Shown piece by piece: positions 1 through 12,639 of a stretch of 64,000 bases of DNA (position 1 is the first letter of the stretch; every line of letters begins with the position of its first letter). The position numbers and the translations under genes were made by a program. Source of the stretch: Octopus bimaculoides (Eukaryota); the NCBI RefSeq assembly GCF_001194135.2, contig NC_068985.1, forward strand, positions 126,508,196 through 126,572,195, read 5' to 3'. The notes beneath the pieces were generated by a model. It searched no databases. It had not been told where the DNA came from and saw nothing but the letters and a program-made list of their open reading frames with translations.

Positions 1-38
<38 letters not shown>

Positions 39-94
39 TGGGTGTGTGTGCGTGCGTGCGTGCGCGTGTGTGAGTAGAAAAGCCGATAAACGCA

Positions 95-477
95 AGTAGG
101 CTTAATGGGCATATTTACATTGAATACAAAATGACAGAGTGCAAAGTAAAGAATACACAAGGATAAAAGGAATCATGTATTAGTCTTACTTGACAGCTGT
201 TTCGGATGAACCATAGCGTATGCTGTAACTATGCTGGTTACGTAACAAACATCTATAATGTCATCGGTGTATGTCGATAGGAATTTGTGCTATTCCACAC
301 ATATACGACATTATGGGTATTTATGATGTAATAAACACAATTACAACATAAGCCATGGTTCACTCGAAACAGCTGTCAAAATAAAAGATTACATAACTCC
401 TTTTACATACTTTATTCTTTATTCCGTACTCTGTATCTAGTATTCCATGTAAGTATACACATTAAACCTACCTGTGC
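95..477. repeat. Degenerate fold-back (long inverted repeat) element, arms ~190 bp, 7-nt loop
   Basis: ttgacagctgtttc..tgaaccat in the left arm mirrors atggttca..gaaacagctgtcaa in the right arm; centre is ggaat(280-284)-ttgtgct-attcc(292-296); complementarity (roughly 70-75% by eye) runs out to ~95 and ~477. Confidence 0.8.
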
Positions 478-672
478 CTTTCTATTTCCATGCTCACCTA
501 ACGGTTATCGTTCTTATAGCCGAATTTCTACACCAGAGACACTTGCCCAGGGTGAAGGAACAGGAATTTCAATTATCAAAGCTTTACGTAAATATCTATA
601 TCACGATTACTTTAGCGTTATCTAACACACACACACACACACACACACNNNNNNNNNNNNNNNNNNNNNNNN

Positions 673-709
<37 letters not shown>

Positions 710-1185
710 TATACATGGTTTATGTTTAAAATTAAAGTTTTTACAGAAGACTAAAATGCAGTATCCAAAACTTGTTTGGGTATGTCCATAGTAGTAGTGT
801 GCCTTGATAGCACGTTCACCACATTCGGCTACCAAGCGTCATCCGCGGTACTGCACTTTAGTCTTAGGAGCTACGTAAGGAATGCCTCGGTGCACGTTTA
901 GCATATTTTGAACAATTGTACTATGCAACCCGATGAGGTGTCTTGTGCACTGTGAGGTGCATTCGGTTATATTATATCGTTCCCTACCCTGTAGGGAGCA
1001 GAGTAGATGTAAACCGTAACAATCATCGTGCTAAATAAAGTCTACAGTACACTTACTCTTCCCTGTCAATTATCTAATTATATATNNNNNNNNNNNNNNN
1101 NNNNNNNNNNNNNNNNNNNNNNNNNNNNNNNNNNNNNNNNNNNNNNNNNNNNNNNNNNNNNNNNNNNNNNNNNNNNNNNNNNNNN

Positions 1186-1218
<33 letters not shown>

Positions 1219-1474
1219 ATATATATATGTATACTTTTATCCTTTTACTTGTTTCAGTCATTTGACTTCAGCCATGCCGGAACACCGCCTTGAAGGATTT
1301 TAGTGGAATGCATCCACCCCAGTATTTTTTTAACATGGTACTTATTTTATCAGTCTCTTTTGCTAAACTGCTAAGTTACGGAGATGTAAGCACATCAACG
1401 CCAGTTGTCAAGTGGTGTAGTGGGGGACAAACACGGACACAAAGACACACACACACACAGATATATATACATAA

Positions 1475-2219
1475 ATATATGGTGGTTGTCTACTCTTTAT
1501 ACAAAGTCTGACCACCTCTTGTACCTACACCTTAGATTCATCATTGCGTTTGATGTGGCTTTTTAAACCAGACAATGTATTGAAAAGACGCCCGCATAGA
1601 TTGCATATCCGATTTGAACCACTAGGAACTGCTGTTAAGTTCTGATCTGTGTGCATCTTAAAATGTCTTTTGAGTCCTCCGTTAGAATTGCAGACCTTAT
1701 GGCATACACGGCACCGAAAGGTGTGCACAGATATATAGGCAGAATGGTTGGTGAGGATTCGTTTTTCATGGGTCCTCAAATAAGATTTGCGCCCAGCAAT
1801 AGAAAGGCACTGTCTGTCACAAACTGTGCACACGAAAAAGGTCGCTGAGATTCACCTCATCGATCGCAACAGTCTTCTTTAAATCTCTCTTGAGTCTTGC
1901 ATGTGTTATCCTGGCCTCCTCAAATGCGTTCACTCCACTCCACACTTTTGTTTGCCATCCAGCTCGATCCGAAGCAAGGCTTTTTATAGCCTTTGGATCC
2001 ATTCCAAGTGACTTCATGGTAGTCCTTATACCGTCCTTAAAGCTCTTTTTAGGTTTACACCGATTGCGTTTCCTTTCTGCAAGCACGCCATAAAACAGCT
2101 GTTTGAGTGTGTGTTCATCCGTCATTCGAACAATATGGCCAAACCATCTCATTTGATTTTTCAGAATCATTGATTCAATTGAAGTGATGCCTGCAGACAC
2201 AAAGACATCTCTGTCTGGA
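1475..2219 (-). mobile_element. RTE-clade LINE, 5'-truncated 3' end, frameshifted, with three C2H2 fingers
   Basis: ORF 1817-2200 has the RTE C-terminal signature RWFGHIVRM..LKQLFYGVL..KRNRCKPKKSFKD..ASDRAGW. After a 1-nt frameshift in a T run (~1836-1840), ORF 1525-1833 carries CTVC..YLRTH, CRVC..LKRHFKMH and CNLC..LKSHIK. Confidence 0.85.
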
Positions 2220-2329
2220 GGAAAAAAGCCCCATTTAATGTTTAAATTATTATTATTATCATTTATATATTATGTATGTACTGTTCCATTATTGGCAGGA
2301 TCAACAAAAGAGATAAATATCATTTAATA

Positions 2330-2525
2330 CAATGGTTTCAAACTTTGGCACAAGGTTCACAATTTCATGGAAGGAATAAGTCGATTAAATCGACTTCGGT
2401 GCTCAACTGGTACTTAATTTATCGACCCCGAAAGGATGAAAAGCAAAGTCGACCACGACAGATTTTGAACTCAGAGTGTAAAGACAGACGAAATGCCGCT
2501 GACGATTCTGCCAGCTCACCGCCTC
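2330..2525 (-). mobile_element. tRNA-derived SINE family A
   Basis: Reverse complement of head aggcggtgagctggcagaatcg, B-box-like gagttcaaa and central gtcgac..tttgc.tttcatcctttcggggtcgataaa.taagtaccag. The central block resembles my recollection of the Deu/Nin SINE domain (unverified). Confidence 0.85.
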
Positions 2526-3236
2526 GAATATCATTTATTATATACAAGATATAAATGTGAGATACGATAAATTTCATACTCTGATAGTACATTAGTAGGA
2601 TGAGCTTCTGTAGCGAGCTATCTACTGTAATGCAATCTTGTCATGCTCAACGCTTGCACAATATTACACGGCACGACATACAAGTTCGTCTGACTATTAT
2701 ACTATCAGGCGTATGAAACTTAGAGCTCATATTTAAACCCTGTGTTTATCAAATTTTATGAGTGTGTGTGTGTGCGCGCGAGAGAGTGTAATATATATAC
2801 ATATATGTATATCATTTATAGGGAAAGCAGACGTTAAATGGTGATGATGATGATGATGATGTGTGTGTGTATGTATGTATGTATGTATGTATGTATGTAT
2901 ATACAATACACATACACGCTTATATGAGGAAGAGCGGTGGAGATAGAGAGGCGGGGGATAAAAACAACAGTCAATAAAACCAATAAAAGTTTGTTATTTA
3001 TAAAAGCTGAAATAGTATTCAAAAGTATTCCACCGAGGGATTGAGGTGCAAGAAGAAAGTTAGCTTCGAGCAATCCGTAGTAAATATTAAAAAAAAAAAC
3101 TTTCAGGAACAATAGTGGTTTATTGAGACGGAAGGTTGCAGGTTATTTTTCTTTATCGAAAAACGATGAGCAGAAAAGTTCTTTTTATATTCCACGGTAG
3201 ACGACCAGGTTTACTGAGTGTGCGAAAAAGAATATC

Positions 3237-3625
3237 AGAGTTACGAAATAGAGTAGGAAAAATCCGGGCTACATATGTTTCAGAGCGAGTGGAACCTCAG
3301 AAGTGGCAAAACCCAAGTGAGGTGTATACCGCCGGCTGCTCTTCAGACTAAGGCTGTCTTGATTAGATTAAAGGCTACATTGTCGCAAGGAGGTACATGT
3401 TGACGCAGAGCGGATTCAGTCAGAATACATACAGCTTTCTGATTGAATTCTCTTTGCGTCAACATGTACCTCATTGCGACAATGTAGCCTTTAAGCTAAT
3501 CAAGATATCCTTGGCCTGAAGAATAGTCGGCGGAATACACCTCACTTGGATTTTACCACTTCTGAGATTCCGCTCGCTTTGAAACATATGTAGCCTGGAT
3601 TTTTCCTACTCCATTCCGTAACTCT
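3237..3625. repeat. 389-bp fold-back element: 189-bp arms (3237-3425 / 3437-3625), 11-nt loop
   Basis: Position-by-position pairing (i with 6862-i) gives 167/189 Watson-Crick pairs, no indels, 10 G-U, 7 A-C and 5 other mismatches. Confidence 0.97.
3507..3600 (+). ncRNA. Hammerhead-ribozyme-like motif (type I, palindromic stem III) in right arm of fold-back
   Basis: Stem I ATCC..GGC (3507-3515), core CTGAAGA (3516-3522), long imperfect stem II (3523-3580), GAAA (3581-3584), palindrome CATATG, TA (GUA triplet), then GCC.GGAT (3593-3600) closing stem I. A weaker mirror copy lies on the minus strand of the left arm (~3262-3355). Confidence 0.5.
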
Positions 3626-3630
3626 TGTAA

Positions 3631-3695
<65 letters not shown>

Positions 3696-3696
3696 C

Positions 3697-3748
<52 letters not shown>
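3631..3748. repeat. (AGAT)n microsatellite
   Basis: Direct tandem repeat. Confidence 0.98.
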
Positions 3749-3750
3749 GT

Positions 3751-3942
3751 ATACTCTTTTATTTGGTTCAGTCATTTGAATGCGGCCATGCTGGAGCACT
3801 GCCTTTAGTCGAACAAATTGCCCCAGGACTTATTCTTTGTAAGCCAAATACTTATTCTATCGGTTTTTTGCCGTACCGCTGCGTTACGGGAACGTAAACA
3901 TACCAGCATCAGTTGTCAAGCGATGGTGGAGGGACAAACACA

Positions 3943-3986
<44 letters not shown>

Positions 3987-4200
3987 CACACACACATACA
4001 CGCACACACACACACACGCACACACACACACACATATATATATGACGGGCTTCTTTCAGTTTCCGTCTACGAAATCCACTCACAAGGTATTGGTCAGCCC
4101 GAGGCTATATAGAAGACACTTGCCCAAGGTGCCACGCAGTTGGGACCGAACCTGGAACCATGTGGTTGATAAGCAAACTACTTACCACACAGCCAATCCT
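3751..4200 (-). mobile_element. tRNA-derived CORE-like SINE family B, full length, with internal (CA)n
   Basis: Minus strand reads head agg..tggctgtgtggtaagtag, CORE-like ggcaccttgggcaagtgtctt, internal (TG)n and tail ..ggccgca.tcaaatgactgaa. Partial copies at ~1240-1445, 17260-17595, 21930-22115, 30340-30500, 32230-32385, 33170-33360, 58400-58520. May correspond to the described octopus OR/OK SINEs (not verified). Confidence 0.88.
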
Positions 4201-4402
4201 GCGCCGATATAGTTCAAATTTACAAAAAACAAAAGACGAAGACAGGTGTAGGAACAACAAGCAGATGTATTAGTTTAACACTCGGGATGTATGTATATAA
4301 AGATATACATACTTCATCCATACACATACATCCGTACACATATTCACACATACATACATACATACATACATACATACATACATACATACATACATACATA
4401 CG

Positions 4403-4433
<31 letters not shown>

Positions 4434-5286
4434 GTGTGTGCGCGCGTACACCCGCCTATGTGTGCGTGTAGACATTTATGTAGAAAGATCAAAAGGTGTA
4501 TGTACCATTATATCTATATGCTTGCCTGTATGTGTGTGCGCGCGTATGTGCTTATGTGCGTTCGTGTGTGTGTGTGTGTATACGGGTTTGTGCTTTTCTA
4601 CCTGTGTATATATATGTGTATATTTATGAGTATGTATCTATATATATGTATGAATCTATATATTTATATGAGTGCGTATAAAGTGACTGTTTCGTGTCTT
4701 TGTATACATGTATGCATTTGTAGTTATATATCTATCTGAGTAGACGTGTGGTTCTTTTTTGTGCTTTTGTCTCTGTGTGTATACGTACGCGCGTGTGTAT
4801 TTACGTGCGTGTGTGTGCATGTATGTATCTGTGTGCATGTATGTATGTGTGTATTTGTGTGTGGTGGGGTGTGCGTGTGTGAGTGTAATATCAATGGAAG
4901 CATGACGTTGCGAACAAACAACGCTCGTTGCTAAGTGAGAGACTTGGAGACAACATAGCACTTTGTAGTGAGTCACAATTTTTACCTGACAATGAGTCCA
5001 CAGTTGAAAATTAATTTTCGCACTTAGAGCTTTCAGTGGCCGGGCTGATAAATTGTTGACCTTGAGGTTCTCACCTGATATATCCACTATTTGTATTCAT
5101 ATCTTTAGGGCGCCAGACTATTATTAGCAAAGCCGTTAGCGCATCTGAAAAATTGCTTTGCGACATTTCTTCTCGTTCTTTATACATTCTGAGTTCAAAT
5201 CCCACCGTAATCAAAATTGCCTCTCATCTCAAAACTGCTGGCTTCCCGCAAATTTAGAAACCAGTGTCTCGAGCTCCTTGTCTATA

Positions 5287-5350
5287 CTGGTTCATCCTAG
5301 TTCATTCTGGTTCATTCTGGTTCATTCTAGTTCATTCTGGTTCATTCTGG
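5287..5350. repeat. 10-bp minisatellite (TTCATTCTGG) ~6 units between two old SINE-A fragments
   Basis: ttcatcctag ttcattctgg ttcattctgg ttcattctag ttcattctgg ttcattctgg. Confidence 0.9.
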
Positions 5351-5613
5351 CTTACTACAGCGGCGAATTGGCAAAATCGTTAACGTATAGAACGTAATGT
5401 CTTGCATTATCTGTTCCGGATATCTGCGCTCTGTGTTCAAAACCTACTTAAGTTAAATTTCCTTGCATCATTTCAGGGCCGATAAATAAAGTACTTATAC
5501 TGGTTTCAATTTTCTCACTCACTCTGTATCTCTCTCGTGCTCCTTCATTTTCGGTCTTTCTCTCTATCTTTCTATCTCTTTCTCTTTCTTTCTCTCTTTC
5601 TCTCTCTCTCTCC

Positions 5614-5660
<47 letters not shown>

Positions 5661-5667
5661 TCAAAAA

Positions 5668-5935
5668 ATATTCATCATGTGGTCTGATAGGACCGGACGG
5701 TGAAGTAGATGTGCTTTTCCAGATCACCGCAGAAGTTCAAGTGGTCGATTCTATTTTAAAGGAATAAGAGGCGATGGCAGGAGCTAAGATAAATCCGAAA
5801 AAATCGGTAGGCCTACAGATCGGCAACTGGAGAGACAAGACTATACCAACAAACAGCATGGTAAGTCGATGGACAGACAGACCAATAAAATTGTTCGATG
5901 TCTGATTTGGCCCGAACTTCCAGGTGGACAAATGC
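5668..5935 (+). mobile_element. Displaced L1/Tx1 RT fragment (RT C-terminal part) from a related subfamily
   Basis: Translates as ..AGAKINPKKSVGLQIGNWR..RWTDRPIKLFDV.FGP, homologous to AEAKINADKLVGLRVGT..CWTDGLVKLFRVWF at ~6680-6820 of the adjacent copy. Confidence 0.7.
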
Positions 5936-8007
5936 CCGGTTTGGATGGTCGGCCCAATGAATTCTATGTATTCATGCTATGTTTGTTGGGCAGCCTCTTG
6001 GCAGACGTCTACCATAACTGACGACAGAACGGGAGAATTCCTAGTGCTGTTTGCCGGACTTATGGTAACGCTGCTGAGAAAGGATGCCCCAAAAGAGAAC
6101 GTGTTAGGAAATTTTCGGCCCATAACTCTACTAAACACAGAGTTTAAGATTTTGGTCAAGATGTTAGCGTAAAGGTTTGCGCTCGTAGTTGGTTGTGTGG
6201 CTGGAGAAGCATAAACGGGCACAATCCCGAACAGGTCTATCGCGACAACCTCCACCTTATGCGATACATTGTCGAAAGGGCTAGAACTAAAGCTGGCTTC
6301 GGTAAGTCCTTGATCAATTTGGATCAATCGAAAGCATACGATAGGATCAAACATCGCTACTTGGAAGCCGTCCTTAAAGCAGCAGTTTTCGGACCCGCTT
6401 TCAAAAGCTGGATCGCTGCAATGTACAGCAGCACCTACTCGGTGGTCAAAGTAAACGGCCACGTATTCGAAGAGTTTCGTATCACACGTTTGGTCCGCTG
6501 TCACCTCTTCTGTAGGTGCTGGCTCTCGAACTACTGCTGCGGAAGTTGGAACAGTTAACGGGCATCCCTTTCGAACTGGGACTCGGGAGAGGCAGTGTCA
6601 GCGTATACGGACGACGTCATCGTCATGGTGTCGGACGCCTTCGAAGTGTAGACGGTTGGGTCCATTGTAAGGGAATATGAATCAGTTGCAGAGGCCAAAA
6701 TCAACGCTGACAAATTGGTGGGCTTGAGAGTGGGCACCTGAAGAGGCAGATCGATGCCGTCGGACGGTGTTGTTGGATGCTGGACTGACGGACTGGTTAA
6801 ACTCTTCAGGGTCTGGTTCGATCTGCCCTCCTGTTGTATAAGAATTGGGACGAGGTGACGATCAGTGTGGCCAGTCTTACCCAGAAGTGGGCAAAGAGGA
6901 AGCTGTACCTGAAAGGTTGGGCAGAGGTGGAAAATGCCTACATCTGCTTTGTCATCATTTATCGCCTGACCGTCGTACCTAGCCCAGTTACTGCTTGATT
7001 AGGTAGGAACGTCTCTTGTTTGTTTTCTTGTGGACGAGACGCATCCCAATGGTCAGCCGGTCAATCTGCTGCCAGCTCCCTCTGTCTAGCAGCTTAGGTA
7101 TGCCATGGCTTTTGATGCGCAGACATGCACTCAGGTGCGCCACCGGCAATGATTTCTAGACGATGAACGTGTGTGGGCTCTGTTTGTGAGACACGTCTTT
7201 CCGCAGCTCATCTCTTTGACAGAGCTGCAGTTCTGAGTGAAGGATAGACCGATACTGGGTGCCTGGCACCTAGAATGTCGTCAGGGGCTCACTGTCTTCT
7301 ACAAATCGAGCAATAGGAACGGTGGATGTACCACTTTATCTATATAGAGAAGATTAGTAACGGGGAAGTGCGACAACGTCCTCAAAGAGACTCTGGGTGT
7401 CGACGAAAACGAACTGGATAGTCTGTTCCGGAGGACTTTCCGGTCGAAGACTACTATGGACAATCTTCAGATACCTTTAACCTGGCAGTGCTACTGCGGG
7501 GTGCTACCGGTTCAGGATAAACCGAAAGGCATGAGGACAGATATATTCCTTTTTGTAGGGGTCTCATTGACTTCTTCAAGTTTCACTTGAAAAAGAAATT
7601 GAAGGTGGAGAGGGAAATGATACCCTCGGGTGACTTTATTGAAAGGTGGGTGAAAGTTGTGAAAAGAACAAGAGTGGATGGCACCTTTCTGAGTGTAGAC
7701 CTGTAAGTCGGAGAAAGGGAATTAGAGAGGGCACTTGCCCTAAGTGTTCAAGGGGATCTTGGACGGTGGGGTTCCTCGATTATCCCTAGAGGTCCTCCTC
7801 TATCAGGAGGACCACATCACTATCACCCTTTTCCCTCACTCTCTTACTGTCGTATACTATATATACTTCCCTTCTTTTATTGTATATATTGTGTATACTT
7901 TTCTTTTTCTTTTTTTTATCTTTCCATTGTATGCAACCCACCACATTTTATGTCTGTCTCTGTATTGTCCTCCTCATCCTTCACCCTGGTGGCAAATAAA
8001 AGAAATC
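5936..8007 (+). mobile_element. L1/Tx1-clade LINE ORF2 remnant (RT to 3'UTR), multiple stops and frameshifts, (ATT)n tail
   Basis: PGLDGRPNEFY, NFRPITLLNTEFKIL, LINLDQSKAYDR, AYTDDV, AKINADK motifs; 3'UTR hairpin ggtcctcct/aggaggacc (7791-7813); aataaa at 7995-8000, then ATT repeats. Confidence 0.9.
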
Positions 8008-8023
8008 ATTATTATCATTATTA

Positions 8024-8091
<68 letters not shown>

Positions 8092-8175
8092 TCTATTATT
8101 ATTATTATCATTATTATTATCATTATTATTATCATCATCATCATCATCGTTATTTTTTTATCATTATTATCATTA
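8006..8175. repeat. (ATT)n/(ATC)n microsatellite, LINE tail
   Basis: Direct tandem repeat following the Tx1 3'UTR. Confidence 0.95.
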
Positions 8176-8699
8176 TTTAAGCATGATACATGCATTAGCT
8201 TGGTGATAAACAGTCCAGGGATTTTGAAAATTGTAGAGTGCGAACAGATAGACTTAGGAGCCACGATTCATTTTCCATTCACATTTACAGCCAATCATTG
8301 TACATACGTCACCAGTGATGCTGGAGTGTGCATGCATGTCATTCGATCCGGTTTTATTTTCTTCGCTCATAAAATAAGTCTTTGTGCCTAAGCCAGAAAT
8401 CAATTCCGTTGTCATCATCATTCAGTGAAAATCAATTATTGATTAACTGGACAGAAATGCCTAGATGTGGATCTATAATATAATAGGCATGACAGTTGCG
8501 ACGTCTTCACATATACTTGGGTAATATTTGTAGAAAAATATATAAAAATAAAAAGTAGCTGAAAACAATGATTGGGAGAAGAAAGAAAAAAAACATAGTG
8601 AAGAAAAACTAGATTATAGAATTTCATAATTAGGAAATTAGATACTTAAGGATTAAAAGAGGGAAGAAGAAGAAAAAAGGTAAAGCGCTATCTTGGGGC

Positions 8700-8930
8700 T
8701 TAGGACACATGTGGCTAATTACACGGTTTCCATGGCGTATAAGTGACCGAGAATATAATATCCTCGCTGCACAGGACGCCAGTCTGTTGCTAGGTTTATT
8801 CATTTACAGCTGAGTAGACAGGAGCAACATGAAATGAAGTGTTTTGCCCAAGAACCCAACGCACCTCCCGGTCCGAAAATCGAAACTGCGAACTTGCGTA
8901 CAACAGCCTTAACCACTTGGACACGAGTCT
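8700..8930 (-). mobile_element. tRNA-derived SINE family C
   Basis: Minus strand has a tRNA-like head and ttcttgggcaaaacacttcatttca central block. Related copies at ~16300-16460, 20560-20770, 29250-29439. Confidence 0.75.
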
Positions 8931-9659
8931 CCTCAGAGGGAGAAGGATCTAGATTAAATCAAATAGAAAAAAAAAACAATCAAAGAAAAAAAGAGGGGAG
9001 CAGTTAATTCATTTTTGAAAAAATGAAAGAAAAGGGAAAAGAAGGACATTGAGCAAAAAGACAATTACAGAGAAAAAAAGAAAATGTTTAGAAGATTAGT
9101 GATAAAAAAATTAAAAGAAAAATGGAGAAAATATTAGGAATTGCGATTAAAGGAAAGAAAGAAACAGTAATGGAAAAGGAATGAAAGATTAATAGAATAA
9201 GAAAAAGAAGAAAATAAAGATAAAAATAATTCTATATTGGCACAAAGACCGCGAAAAACATTTAAACAAAGGACAGAGCTGATTTACATAGAACTGTGTA
9301 ATGCCACCCAGGGATAAGCAAGGAACCACACAGGTCCTGGGTCAACCACTCACTAGGAGTACCAGAAGGAAAGTTCTCCTCTCTACTCCATACATTTCAG
9401 CATAGAGTTGCATGCTTAGAGTAGGTACATACACTCACCTTTGTAAAAATTTACTGGGGAAGTGGATGGCATATCCCTTTCCAAATGGGACTTGAAAAGG
9501 TCATTGAGTGATTGGAAGTGTCTGCCTCCAGTCTATTCAGTCTCGTTCACTACACAAACCCTTTCACCAGCCAGAGGAAACTGCTTGCCCTTCTTAGCCA
9601 AAGAAGCCGACAGGATGATCTTCTCGATGGAATTGGATCCGTCCCACACGTGATAGCAA

Positions 9660-10600
9660 CTGATCTTCACAACTCCACAAGTACAAGATCATGCAGAACG
9701 GATTCGTCTCTCTGCGCGCATCTCGGAAAGTTGTATCTTGTTCCCTTCACTGCTGCTGCTGCTGCTGCTGCTGCTGTTGTTGTTACTGCTGTTGCTGCTG
9801 AGGCTATCCCATTGACAGTAGTAGAGGCCTCCTCTCCCTTGTTATTTTGTTGAAGACAAAGCACTCTAAAATGATCTTCCACACCACACAACTGGCATCT
9901 TTGTCTTGTTTTCAACGCCAATACGCAGCTGTTGGAAAGGTGGATAAATTCTGGAATTTTTTTCACATTATTTAGCTTGATGTGGAGAAGAATCTCCACT
10001 GAGGTCTCAAACCAAAAATCTTTCTTCGTTTGATGTCGAGAATGGTGTTACTGCCCTCCAAGGTAATACAGGTCAGCAAGCTGCCAGAAGTTTAATCCAA
10101 GTGGAGCTTTCTCTAACTTAACGCAACGGGACCTGCATTCGAAATATGTTGTGTAGAGGCTGGTTCTCTATTGCGTATGGGAGGTAGGGAGTGCTTCAGC
10201 GCGAGGGTTTCGCTCTTGAAGAGGACCTTCACGCTCTCGCACTGCTTTGCCTTGGTTACATGATGTATATCTGCCTACAGTTCTTTGAGAACTGTTTCCA
10301 TGTGGATGTGTGCTACTGCTTCTAGATATCGCGTTTAACAACACTATCTTCCAAGCAGTTCCTGCCAGAACCTCAGCTGGATGGCAAGTTGTGCTCTCTT
10401 CTCGTTCACCTTCACAAGCTGTTTCATCTGTGTCAGCCACGCCTCCTTGTTGTTTAGGGAGATTGAAAAGTACTGTGCTCATTTCGCTGCCATCCCAGCA
10501 AAAGATGACCTGCCTATGGAGTTACCCCCACCACTTGCTTTGTCGTCGTCTTTATTCCCGTTTCTGCTGCTGGTGCTGCTGTGGTTGTTTTTGCTGCTGT
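9660..10600 (-). pseudogene. Decayed gag-like ORF1 with CCHC zinc knuckle (probably L1/Tx1-type retroelement)
   Basis: RCQLCGVEDHFRVLC = C-X2-C-X4-H-X4-C at 9856-9897. One minus frame upstream reads SFAGMAAK..VTKAKQCESVKVLFKSETLA with at least four in-frame stops. Confidence 0.55.
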
Positions 10601-10840
10601 CGCTGTTGTTGTAGTTGTTTGCGGTGATGACGCTTTTGTAGTTGTTGCTTGTGTTGTTAAAAATGTATTCTTCACTGTTGCTGTTTATTATTGCTGTTAC
10701 TGCTGATGTCACTTTTTTGTTGTTACTGTTGATATTGTCGTTGCTTGTGTTGTTCGTGTTGTTCTTACCGTTGTCGTCACCATTGCTGTTCTTGTTATCA
10801 TTGTTGTTTTTTTGTTGTTGTTCCTGTTGCTACTATTTTT
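10560..10840. repeat. Degenerate (GTT/GCT) low-complexity tract
   Basis: Imperfect trinucleotide repeats. Confidence 0.8.
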
Positions 10841-10904
10841 GTGCAACACTTCTCTCATGAAGCTGGTAGCGGTATGAAAAGATTTTTCTTCTACATCATT
10901 ATAA

Positions 10905-11520
<616 letters not shown>

Positions 11521-11522
<2 letters not shown>

Positions 11523-12293
11523 AGATATGGATGACTAAAAGTGATTTAAAACCGGAAACGGAGACTCTAATTTGTGCTGCCTAAGAGCAAACATTATGAA
11601 CCAATTACATCAAATACAGAATAGATAACACATCAGAAAGTGATAATTGCAGAATTTATGGACAAAATGGTGAAGCCGCATGACATGTTACCAGTTAATG
11701 CACGCCACTAGCCCAGAACGAATATAAGAGCCGCCATGACAATATAGCAAGAATTGTCCATTGGACACTTTGCAACAAGTATGGTCTTGACGGAGCAAAA
11801 AAGTGGTACGAATATAAACCTGAAGGCATCATCGAAAATGTAATACAAAGATCCTATGGGATTTATGATTCAGTGCGACCATGAGATAGAGAATAGGAAG
11901 CCAGACATAGTGTTAATTGAGAAAGAAAGCAAACGATGCTAGATCGTAGATATAGCATGCCCAGCTGACAACAAGGTATGTGATAAGGAAGAAAGAAAAG
12001 TCGATAGATATAACAGGTTAGCTTCGGATGTGACGCTGTTGTGGTAGCTGAAAAAGGTGGTAGTAGTACCAATAATTGTTGGAGTCCTGGGAACAGTGAG
12101 TAAAAATCTCGAGAAGTACATGGAACAAATAGGGACTGCAATAAGGGCGGAACACTTGTAAAAAAACAGCACTGCTTGGAACCGCTCGAATACTCCGGAT
12201 GGTGCTCGAAAAATAAGGGGTGTTATCTCAGTTCACTGGTAGCGAACAGCTGACACCATAGTACATCACAATCGTTAGAAGCTGTGCAAAGAC
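11521..12293 (+). mobile_element. R4/Dong-like non-LTR retrotransposon remnant (zinc knuckle + restriction-like endonuclease), (AAT)n tail
   Basis: Across frames: LKPETETLICAA, RHDNIARIVHWTLC, RKPDIVL, IVDIACPAD, PIIVGVLGTV, LLGTARILRMVL* (PD..D RLE motif). Confidence 0.85.
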
Positions 12294-12367
<74 letters not shown>

Positions 12368-12391
12368 TAATAATAATAATAATGATAATAA

Positions 12392-12564
12392 TCTTTTCTA
12401 CTGGAAACACAAGGCCTCAAATTTGGGGGAAGGGATTAAGTCGATTACAACGACCCCAGTGCGTAACTGGTACTTATTTCATCAGCCCCGAAAGAATGAA
12501 AGGCAAAATCGACCCCGGCGGAATTTGAACGCGGAATGTTGCGGCAGACAAAATACCGCTAAGC

Positions 12565-12639
<75 letters not shown>

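Noticed and set aside
782-1075. Possible solo LTR (late AATAAA, internal hairpin)
   Set aside because: No convincing TG..CA ends, TSD or second copy in the window.
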